In this document: positions 50,601-61,900 of the stretch, in pieces | Layout of the letters: every line of letters begins with the position of its first letter | How positions within the stretch are numbered: the stretch's first letter is position 1 | Source: Octopus vulgaris | Lineage: Eukaryota | NCBI GenBank assembly: GCA_951406725.2 | Contig: OX597843.1 | Span: 5,084,001 to 5,148,000, forward strand | Length of the DNA stretch: 64,000 nucleotides | Direction: 5' to 3' | The notes under the pieces: generated by a model | Database searches by the model: none | Told to the model about the DNA's origin: nothing | Seen by the model: only the letters and a program-made list of their open reading frames with translations | Program-made: the position numbers and the translations under genes

Positions 50601-51667
50601 ACAAAAGATTTTCAAAAAACTCAAAAGTTTGTGGAGAATAAATGTTTGACTGTCGAACGTGTTTGAAAAAGATGTCGCTATTTATTTAATTTTTTTTGTT
50701 GGTGAAGGACGGTGTTAGAATGAGGTCATTGGTAACCATAGGCACATATACATGTGTGTATTTGCGTAGGGCACTCACTGGGCATGTAGGATTAGAATTT
50801 TGAAATAAGGATGAAGTAAAACAAACCTTCAAATCTCAATTGTTTTACAAAAATTTTCTAATGACAAGTAAATATAATACTTCTGAGAGGAATACCATTC
50901 TTTATTTTATAAGAATATTTTCATCTGAAACAAAAAAAGCGTATGATAAATCATTACCCTAGCCTGATCCCTTCTCAACTCCGGGACCCCTAGTCCTTTC
51001 CTGATCCCTTCTTACTCCTTCCTGTTCAACTTCAGAAATTGCTTTTTTTTTTTTTGATGGCACAATGAGTCGGTGGAGCATCTGACTAGATACCTCGTGT
51101 TTATTTCAGTTCCTTTACATGGTGAGTTCAAACCTAGCTAAAGTCACCTTGAATCTTTTATCTTTCCTGTGATGGGTGGTGGGCATGGAAATAATGCCCC
51201 TGTCCTGTACTGAGGTGGATTTGAATTAAATCCCTTGCTAGAAACAGCAGCCAAATCGCTTTGCATTCATACATACACAGCACTCAGTAAATGGACACAT
51301 TCATTAATGTGGTCCCACATTACTTATAGACAGATGGAGTTGGTCATGGATGGAATGTCTAATCAAAAAACATCTCCTGGATCTGGATAGATGGAGTGGT
51401 CATGGCTGGCTGGGCTCTGCACCACCACCCAATAATTATCAGTCCTAATGAGATGAGCAGGTGGGGGGGTATTTTTAATTAAAACTCATTAAAGATTGTG
51501 ATCGAAATGTTGTAAACAATTGTTCTTGTAAATATTTGCAAATAAAGTTTATTTTTTCCACATCTCCTCTTTGTTTAAAATTTATTTCAACACTTTTTAC
51601 AGAAATATGTGTATAATGATTTTTTCAATGTATATAGTTTTATGTGTACATATTTCATTAAATATGG

Positions 51668-51950
51668 GACCCCCTTTTGGTCATGACTGACTGTGGGATT
51701 GCACCTAGAAAGTTACCTTCCCATACACAAATCCAGGCAGGGTTGTTTATGGAAGACCAGCATCCCTTCTCCACGCCACCAATGTTATCCAAGGGAAAGG
51801 CAAAGGGGCCGATACAGCTTGGCACCTGTGATGTAGCAACTCATTTCTACAGCTGAGTGAACCAGAGCAACGTGAAATAAAGTGTCTTGCTCAAGAACAC
51901 AACAGGCAGCCTGGTCCAGGATTCGAACTCACAACCTCACGATCGTAAGT
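51668..51950 (-). mobile_element. tRNA-derived SINE, same family as 5914-6236 (5' clipped)
   Basis: Reverse-complement match including the B box GTTCGAATCC. Confidence 0.85.
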
Positions 51951-52037
51951 ATAATAAAATTTATATAACTATTGGAAATTATTTCACAACTGTTTCCCAA
52001 CTTAAAACATGCAAAAATAATTAATTTTATAAGTAAA

Positions 52038-52215
52038 CTAGCAGTATTGCCCGGCTTTGCTCGGGTTTGTTTCGACCCTTTAGATTTGGAATTTTTGAAA
52101 AGTAAACATTTTGCAGCTTGTTATTCTCTTTAGGTGAACATTTTTCTGGTTGAAATACACCGAAAAATGACGACACAGCGGTGAAAAAAATAGGGATTTT
52201 CATAGAAAGAAAGCA
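52038..52215 (-). mobile_element. Helitron 3' terminal fragment
   Basis: actagcagtattgcccggctttgctcgggtttgt, the same hairpin + CTAG terminus as at 7418. Confidence 0.7.
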
Positions 52216-52457
52216 ACTACACCACGCTTTCTATAGGTGTGTAAATTTTCAGCTCAATCCTAGCACATCTAGTCTCCATTGAGTTGTTTAAATCTGTACA
52301 GATATTAATTTTAAAGATTGTCTATATCAATGCGGACATGTTATTTAATTATTATAAAATATCATTCAGCAAACTTTGCCAGTTCTTGTTCAAACGACTT
52401 CAAATTTTAACAGAATGTGTAGAAACGGGTCAGAATTTTCTGTTTAATGTTCGATAT

Positions 52458-52770
52458 ACTCTTTTACTTGTTTCAGTCATTTTGACTGCGGCCATACTGG
52501 AGCATCGTGACCCCAGGACTTATTCTTTTGTAAGCCCAGTACTTATTCTATCGGTCTCTTTTGCCGAACCGCTAAGTAACGGTGACATAAACACGCCAGC
52601 ATCAGTTGTCAAGCAATGCTAGGGAGACAGGCTTCTTTCAGTTTCCATCTGCCAAATCCACTCAGGGCTTTGGTCAGTCTGAGGCCATAATAGAAGACAC
52701 TTGCCCAAGATGCCACGCAGTGGGACTGAACCGGGAACCATGTGGCTGGTAAGCAAGCTACTTACCACAC
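52458..52770 (-). mobile_element. SINE (family of 60195-60575)
   Basis: Reverse-complement match, internally deleted. Confidence 0.85.
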
Positions 52771-52794
52771 CTGATATGTTTATCTTTCCAGGCA

Positions 52795-53660
52795 TAGAAA
52801 TGGCATTTTGTGTGCTGGGGTATGTTCGAACAAGAATGTGCAGAATGCATTTGTGAGCGTTTCCTTAAAAGTCACCAACGGCAACGTAGATTTGGGACAT
52901 GGCACAAAAAATTCAAAGAGGAAGCACTGTCTTTGTAGGGCAAAAGGATCTGGATGACCACTAATATCAGAAGAGACGGTTTGCCAAAAATTCTTGCAAG
53001 GCCCCAAGAAGAACAAGTCTGGAACCCTACAAAGTTGCAGCTTATTCAGGCCACAACAGCAGAGGACAAGCGAAAGCGCAAACAATTCTGTGTTGATGTG
53101 CAAAAGAAACTTGAAAAAGTGGAGTTCAAGGGACATCTTGTTTACTGTAAACACTTCATATGAATGCCAAAGTCGATAAGCATAATGTTTGCATTTGGGG
53201 TAAAGAAAATCCCTATTCCACAGTTGAGCATGTGAGGGACTCACCAAGAGTGATTGCGTGCCATCTCCATGGCCCCTTTTTCTTAGAGGGAAATGTAACC
53301 AGCGATGTTTATCTGCAGATGAACATGAAGACTTCATTTTTCAGGAAGGGGCTCCAACTCAATGGAAGCTCTCTGTACGAGCTTATCTCAATGAAAATCT
53401 GCGAGGGAAATGGATTAGGCATGCTGGTGATGAAGACAATGTGCTGTTGAAATGACCCCCACGATCACCTGACCTGACAATTTGGGATTATGTGAAGGGC
53501 CTGGTCTATGTCCCCACTCTTCCTGCAAACTTGGAGGAACTCGAGCAGAGAATCACTACCGCACTTGGGACCGTTACCCAAGAAATACTGCAGTGTGTTG
53601 GGAAGGAGCCTGACTACACGTGTGCTACAGCTCAGGTGGTGAGCTTATTGAACTCTTGAG
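52795..53660 (+). pseudogene. Decayed Tc1/mariner-superfamily transposase
   Basis: KLQLIQA...DKRKRKQFC, VDKHNVCIWGKENP, GPFFLEGNVT, FQEGAP, VRAYLNE..GKWI, PPRSPDLT, WDYVKGLVY. Confidence 0.85.
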
Positions 53661-53797
53661 AAGTTGTTCATGGAATCCACATATCTTTGAATTTCTTCTT
53701 CAAATTTGGAAGAACAAATCTTACATTGGATCCTGTTTAGTTGGTTTGACGATGTAGATTCTGTGATATTTACATCTCAAATTGCTCTGAAAAACCC

Positions 53798-54100
53798 TAC
53801 TCTTTTGCTTGTTTGTCATTTGACTCTGACCATGCTGGAGCACCGCCTTTAGTCAAGCAAATAAGCCTAGTACTTATTCCTTTTGCCGAACCGCTAAGTT
53901 ACCGGGATGTAAACACACCAGCATCGGTTGTCAAGCAATGTTGGGGGGACAAACACACATATTTGTATAACCAAATCCACTCACAAAGCTTTGGTCAACC
54001 CGAGGCTATAGTAGAAGACACTTGCCCAAGGTGCCATGCAGTGGGATTGAACTCAGAACCATGTGGTTGGTAAGCAAGCTACTTACCACACAGCCACTCC
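53798..54100 (-). mobile_element. SINE (family of 60195-60575)
   Basis: Reverse-complement match from the head ggagtggctgtgtggtaag to the tail. Confidence 0.85.
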
Positions 54101-54914
54101 CGTTTACAGTCTATTCTCTAATTCCTCAAAAGACCTCTTTTACTGGATTTTCCACGAATGGTCAATCTTGTAGCTGTTTGATCTAGCTGAAATTTTGCAT
54201 GTGCAATCATTAAGTGGCAAATTACAGCTCTGAACTAATTATGTTTTCTGATTTACAGGTGTTTGAACTATCAATCAACTTGGTTAAACTAGTCCCATCC
54301 ATATCTGCTGAAAGTCTATATAAACGGAAGCCATCTCCCTCATCATCAGGTTTGTCTTTCTTCTTTTACGGTACACCACCACTGGCAACCACTACCCAGT
54401 TGCTAATATTGATGCTGCAGGCCTTCATGTCCCTTTTGCAAAAACATCCTTGTATCGTAAGAACAGTCTCTCTGTAGAGTATGTCCAGGATAGGACTACA
54501 CAGCCGGAGATGTAATAGGACATGACATGTAAAAGCTGGACTAGAATATCTTATGTGCAACTCCATTGTCCCTGAGACAAATTGGATGCCAACAGTGAAG
54601 TTTGTCTGTCTTCCATCCTGATAGAGTATAAACTCACCTTTTTTTAGATATGAATGTCTTTTCCTTGCCTCAGGTAAATATGAAAGTCTTGCCATGTCTT
54701 TCAGATTTGAAGTCTCTTGTCAACAGGTGAGTATAACATTCCTTTGCAACTCTGTTGATTTTCAAACCCAGAAGTGATGTAGTTTCGTTGTGTGGGTTCC
54801 AGTAGGGGAGTTGTCTTTCCTTGCATGCAGTATAGATTCTGCCTTCCCCTCTGCTAGAGATTTTCTTAATGAGCTAATTAACAATCAGTGATATATTTTC
54901 TATACACGGCACAA

Positions 54915-55185
54915 GTAGCTTTCACACCAACAGCATAGTTCCGAGTTCAGTCCATTTTGTGGCACGCGTCTTCTGCTATAGCCTCAGGCCAACCAAAGCC
55001 CTGTGAGTGGATTTGCTAGATGGAAACTGAAAGAAGCCTGTCGTATATGCATGTGTGTCTGTCCCACTAACATAGCTTGACAACCGATGCTGGTATATTT
55101 TTCGTCTCCGTAACTTCAAAAGAGACCGATAGAATAAGTCCTTGGGCCTATTAGCTCGACTAAAGGCGATGCTCCAGCATGACCA
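54915..55185 (+). mobile_element. SINE, degraded (family of 60195-60575)
   Basis: ctatagcctc.ggcc.accaaagcc.tgtgagtggattt..tagatggaaactgaaagaagcc. Confidence 0.8.
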
Positions 55186-55369
55186 CATATCCCTCACGAA
55201 TATTTGAATCTTTTTATGTTCAAATTGACCTACCACACAATGTCATTCAACAACATACATCCTCATCAAAATTACATTGTAAAACAAACATGGCATTTGA
55301 CAAAGAAAGCTGAATGCCAAAACAGCAAATTAACTGACAATTCAGAGAAGACATTTGGTTTGTTGAAAA

Positions 55370-55375
55370 TTTATT
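55370..55375 (-). terminator. Candidate polyadenylation signal of FABP
   Basis: AATAAA on the minus strand ~525 nt downstream of the stop codon. Confidence 0.35.
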
Positions 55376-55898
55376 AAACTTTAAATACACTGGCAGAATA
55401 TAATTGGTGACATTTGAGCAGATCAGGCAGGGGGTGTGAGTGTAAGACATCTTAGAAGTAAATAGACCCGACCCCTCCACATTGTAGCATTTTACTTGTG
55501 TGAATCGTTAAGAAAAAGCACAAGACATCATGTCTACTAAATTCCTAGATTTAATTATTTGAAGGAGCCAAATGATGGATTCTATTATACCTCTGAGATG
55601 CAGAAGTGTTTCCTTGTATATGACTGATGAAGCAGGGGTGGAGAGCCAAATATGTTGGCTGATGTACAGAGATATGATAATTCACATAGATGTGTGTCTG
55701 TGCAGATCTATATACACATACTTGTTCAATATATATCAATGCATAGTTATTCACAATGCTTCTCAGCAGATTCAGGATAATGGGTGAGAGTCATTAAGGT
55801 ATTTCGAGTGGAGTGTGTGCTGGGGGGAGATGGGCAATACTGTTTAAAAGCGACCACATGGTTGTCATCACAGAAGCAGCACTGGTGTTGTCATCATG

Positions 55899-55949
55899 TT
55901 ACACTTTTTCATATTTCCTTGTGCAGGTCACACCACACGCTGACATAGT
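55899..55949 (-). CDS. FABP: FABP exon 4 (51 nt, TMSACGVTCTRKYEKV*)
   Basis: ttttgcag acceptor; conserved R-x-Y; TAA stop. Confidence 0.92.
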   Translation of the reverse strand, partial: TMSACGVTCTRKYEKV

Positions 55950-58900
55950 CTGCAAAACAAGACAACAGCCATATTAATTATGATCATCATCATTAGTACA
56001 CAATGCAAAATACTGGGTTGTCTAGAGAGTTCTTGCTAATTTGTAGCAGCTTACCTTTCAACTTGGTCGAGTCCCTAAAATAGGATTTGACTACACCTCT
56101 GTATGGGCTATCTTTTAGTGGAAGATGGTTTATGTTCCCATAACCTGTGTCAGTTCTGAGACCCTTTCGTTACCAACCTGGCTCTGTAGTACAAATGTCT
56201 TGTTTTGAATTAAAATCTTCCACCAAACCTTAGTCACAATTTATGTTCCTAACACTAGCTGAATGATAACTAAGTTATTTTACTAAATTCTTTGATATAT
56301 TTAAAATTAACTGAAAGAAACACAGAGCATCTCAAACTAAATACAGTAATGGAAAATAAGAAAATCTATGTGCGTTACCCCACCTTCCATATTCACCAGA
56401 AAGTTTATAAATATCTATATAATTATGTTTTTAAATATCTTTATTTTTCTCCTTAACATATATATAACCTTTTTGACAGTTACTTATTATGAAATTTCTC
56501 TTATTTTCGACTCCATATACAGGGGCAGGAGTGGCTATATATGTTTGTCCCCGTAACCTAGCAGTCCTGGGGTCAATTTGCCCGACTAAAGCCGATGCTA
56601 CAGCATGGCCATAGAAAGAAAAAAAAAAAACATACATATATGTAGTTGCCTGCTCGTGCATATATTGACACACATATATCTACATACATGGTGGTCCACT
56701 TCACACCAATATGTAAATTAATATATCATGGTGAAAGTGAGTAGCGTTTGGGTCTGCAGAGCTGGCAGCAGTCTGTCTGCGAAGACGGTTGGCAATTGTA
56801 TATACAAATAGGTGGGCAATGTATAGTATATAGCAATCGACATTGTCAACTGAAACAAGCCATAAATCTGATACCCTCAGGGGCGGTAGAGAGTCATCCC
56901 TTCCTACTACGATAATCATGTATTTATTTAATCTTGTTTCAGCTCATGAAGAGGAGGTTAATAAGAGATATGAAAACTTACCATAATCATGTTGGCGCCC
57001 TCGACACTCCGATTGTTGATGGATTCCACGCCATTTCCAACCTGGGTCTCCACCAGAGTATCCCCATCCATCTTCATGGAAACCTGAAAGAAGAAGAGAC
57101 ACACACAAATATATATAAGTTTGTATAGGAATGTCTGTGTGGTAAGAAGCTTGCTGGTACCTTGGGCAAATGTTTTCTACCAAAGCCTTCGGAGTCGATT
57201 TGGTAGATGGAAACTGAAAGAAGCCCATTGTGTGTGTATATATATATCACCGTGAACGACCAGGCTATCAGATGTTGCTACCCGTCGCCTTCAAGTGACA
57301 CCACCCCACTATATAACTCATTAAAGATTCTAATCCAAATGTTGTAAACAATTGTTCTTGTAAATATTTGCAAATAAAATATATTTTTTCGACATCTCCT
57401 CTTTGTTTAAAATTTATTTCAACACTTTCTACAGAAATGTGTGTATAATGACTTTTCAATGTATATATACACATGGGACACTGAAGAGATCCCAGAATGT
57501 GGGACAAAAGACTTGGTAATAAGAATGATAATAAAGCTTGTGTTTCATTGGCAAAAATATAACAATACACATGTAATTAAAGTGCAAGTGGCTGAGTATT
57601 CCATAGAATGTGGCAAGGCTGAGAATTGAACTCATGATTGGGAGCCACACACACTAGTCGAACTTATAATTTTTGTACTCAATTGGGAAGGGGGGGGGCT
57701 ATTCAAGAATATTTAAAATTTGACACTTTAGAGACATCAGTTCATGTCACTTTCATCAACTTTACTCATAAGAACTGATGTCTCTAAAGTGTCAAATTTT
57801 AAATATTCTTGAATAGCCCCCCCCCTCTTTTTTTTGTTTCCAGCAGAGAGGTAGTGGCGAACCTTGTTCTTTGAGCAATGCTGCAATGGACTGGGGGAAC
57901 ACATACGCCATGGGAACCAGGCCCTTGAGCCTGGCTAGGCTCTAAAAGGGGTGCATATATTTTTTTTTTTGCTATCCTTCCAAAAACTGTTTATCTCACA
58001 GCCATGGTAAAAAGATACACACCCAAGTTTTAATGCTGTGCAACCAAACCCCTGGTTTGCAAAAATAAAACTTTACCTTCACAGCACGACCATCGATGGT
58101 TTGTGAATCAAAATCTTCCCCAATTTTAAATGCAACTTCTCGTTCTCCGACACTTGTGATGGTTTTGATTGTCCACGAATCACCATCATTCGTGATTAAT
58201 TGACACAGTTTTGAGCTTCCAGAGAATTTGTCGTTGGCCAACGCTCGGTTTTCAGCTGTGACCCCTGCAAATAGATAAAATTCATTGATGGAAGAATCTG
58301 TTGAAATACACTTTGTTTTGTTTCAATAAATTTAGAAATAAAGAATTTAGTAAAATAATCTTTGTTGGTTTTTATTCTTTATCTGGAACAATAATTAAAA
58401 TGAAATATTCATGGAAGTGGCTTGTTTACCAACAATATGGTTCCGGGTTCAGTTTCAGTGTGTGAGTAGATTTGGCAGACGGAAACTAAAAGAAGCCCGC
58501 CATATATATATGTGTGTGTCCCCAACCTTGCTTGATAACCAATAGAATAATTGCCCGACCAAAGACGGTGCTCCAGCATGGCCGGAGTCAAATTACAGAA
58601 ACAAGTAAAAGAGTACATACAATATATTCAACCCCTTTTCTTATATTTATGCTGAAGTTTAATTAATCTCATGTTTGAAACAAATTAGCACAAAACCTTG
58701 ATGGAAAAAATTCTAAATTAAATTACTATAAAACAAGAAGTTTGTATCACAGAACCAGTGGAGGTGGTCTCAGATGGATTGCTGTTAAACATGTTGAAGA
58801 GCCAATTTTGGCAGGAATAGTAGTGTATATAGTATGGGGACAATTTAGAAGACAGGAGGAAACTAGCAATATATATATATGGTATTGGGATAGATTGGTA

Positions 58901-61900
58901 AGGACTAGTTTTTGAGAGGAAGAAGCAGATGTATGCAAAATAATTTAAGGATTGGCTGAAATAATTAGAAAAGAAGTTGCTGGTTGATTACATCAACCCT
59001 ACTGCTAGACTGGTACTTAATTCATCAGCCCCTAAAAAGTTAAGTTAAAAAGCACACTCAACCTCGGTGAAATTTCCTCTTCAAGTTGAACCTGAGAAAT
59101 TAATCGTTATGTAGGGAGGTGTTATCTGAGACATGGGATGTAGATTAGTAGGGAATCCCTAGGTGAAATCTGACCCCTTAAGAGGGAATCATAAAGGAAT
59201 TTGACGTAAAATAGGTTTTGATTGAGTTGAAATTCCTTAAAGATTCCTGGAGGGGGATTTAATGATTTTCCCATATTAAAGAATGTTTCTGGCAAATATT
59301 TTCTGATTCTATACCAAAACCGCCACAGCACTGCACACCATCCCCCACTACTACCGACCGATATTTAACGCCCAAAATTCCTGACCTCTAGAGGTCATTC
59401 GCTCAGTTATTTATTTATTCAATAACCTGCACAGATTCCTGTTCTTACTTGGGAGCAACTCAACGAAGTCATCTGCTAGAAACAGCAGCCAAATCACATC
59501 CGACCTTCTCGCAAGAGAACCAGGATATACACTGGATAATGTCACAGATGCAGACAGGAGGAATGGTCATGGATGGAACATACAGTCCCCTTCAACAGCT
59601 GAATCATACAACTTCTTTTATTTGTTTCAGTCATGAGGCAGTGGCCATGCCTGGACCCTAGTACCCTTATTTTTTTTTGGGGGGGGAGTCAAGTAGTTAT
59701 CCCATTGGTCTCTTTTCTGGCGAACTGCAAACCAACAGCTGTTGTCAGGTAGAAGCGGGGAACAAACACACACCCCCAAAGACCTGTGAGTGGATTCGAA
59801 AGGTGGAAACTGAAAGAAGCCCATCATGCGTGTGTCTGTCTTTGTCCCCCACCACTGCTGGTGTGTTTACATTCCTCATAACATAGAGGTTCAAAAAAAA
59901 GAGACTGACAAAATAAGTACTGGAGTTTTCAAGGTGGTGCCCCAGCATGGCCACTGTCTGATGACTAAAATAATTTTTTAAAAATTAACAAATTAAACAG
60001 GTGTCAACAAATATGGATCTCAAAACCCAAGGTACCCCTAAATGAGCTGCTACACAATATTAAACCCGCCCCTTCACATCTAGCTATAGCACACGCTGAA
60101 AAAGTGGTTGGTAAGCAAATACATGATCTTTTGGGATGAGTTGGATAATGTACAGAAGTGTGTGTGTATATATATATACACACACGTATATATAGGTGCA
60201 GGAGTGGCTGTGTGGTAAGTAGCTTGCCTTCCAACCACATGGTTCTGGGTTCAGTCCCACTGTGTGGCATCTTGGGTAACTCTCTCTCCTTCTATAGCCT
60301 CGGGCCGACCATAGCCCTGTGAGTGGATTTGGTAGACGGAAACTGAAAGAAGCCCATCTTATGTGTGTGTATATGTTTTTGTGTTTGTCCCTCTAGCATT
60401 GCTTGACAACCGATGCTGGTGTGTTTATGTCCCCATCACTTAGCAGTTCGGCAAAAGAGACCGATAGAATAAGTACTGGGCTTACAAAGAATAAGTCCCG
60501 GTGTCGATTTGCTCGACTAAAAAGGCGGTGCTCCAGCATGGCCGCAGTCAAATGACTGAAACAAGTAGAAGAGTAAGTGGGAATGGTTATTATCGGTTTA
60601 GCTTAGAGACAAGAAAATTTGGCCGAGCCAAAAGACAAGCTACTTCAACTTAAGTTGTGTCTCCTGGAACCAATATAGACATAGGACGAGGTATGCCTAT
60701 ATATATATATATATACTCTCTTTTACTTGTTTCAGTCATTTGACTGTGGCCATGCTGGAGCACCGCCTTTAGTCAAGCAAATTGACCCCGGGACTTATTC
60801 TTTGTAAGCCCGCTAAGTAACGGGGACGTAGACACACCAGCATCGGTTGTCAAGCAATGCTAGGGGGACAAACACAGACACATATATACGATGGGCTTCT
60901 TTCAGTTTCCGTCTACCAAATCCACTCACAAGGCTTTGGTCGGCCCAAGGCTATAGTAGAAGACACTTGCCCAAGGTGCCACACAGCAGGACTGAACCCG
61001 GAACCGTGTGGTTCATAAGCAAGCTACTTACCACACAGCCACTCATATATATGTATGTGTGTGTGTATATACACACATATGTACAGAATGACTCCACCCA
61101 TCTGTGACTCACTTAAAATGAAAATCTCCAGATCTGGAATTCTTTGGAATGTCAACGCAACCTTTGCTAGAAACAACAATCAGAACCAGCTCATTTATTA
61201 TTATAACGCACACACCTACACAGTCCGTCCACAAATGGCACCTACCCCCAAATTTATTATCAATATTCAAAGCAACTTTTACAACCATGATAATTCTTGT
61301 CAGCGGGACCTGAATATTGGGGTCAAAATCTAGAAAATAACAGGACCCTATACACTACCTTTCTTTGTCATTAATAATGTCTTCTAATATAGACAGAAGA
61401 TTTGAGGCAGGGGCCATTTCATAGCATCAACTCACCCCAGCTTCATGGAGATGTGGGGGGTTCATGACTGTAAGATTGTGGTTTCGATTCCTGGATTGGG
61501 CGACGCGTTGTGTTCTTCAGCAAAACACTTCCTTTCACGTTGCTCCAGTCCACTCGGCTGGCAAAAATGAGTAACGCTGCGATGGACTGGTGTCCCATCC
61601 AGCTGGGGGGAACACATACGCCATTGAAACTGGGCCTATGAGCCTGGCTAGGCTTTAAAAGAAGTGTGTATACATATATAAATGTAAAAGGGCAACCCTA
61701 CAACAAAACTGGGGTCCCCATTCACAGGGGTTGTTGTGCTCTAAGTCACTTATATGCCATGGAAACTAGATAATTGGTGCTTATAGGGCCCAAAACAGGG
61801 ATACTGAAGAATATATATGTTAGGGTTGTCTAGCTGTGGTTTATAAGGAAAAGAAATTAGTAGGGTTTCAGAGACACTGAATTATGGCAGTGTTACTTCA

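Noticed and set aside
51500-51640. ~140-bp sequence repeated at ~57335-57470
   Set aside because: Most likely an ordinary dispersed repeat fragment; no termini or coding signal.
54214-54860. Possible coding sequence (ORFs 54214..54477 and 54366..54695)
   Set aside because: No recognisable motif or consistent splice pattern; left unassigned.
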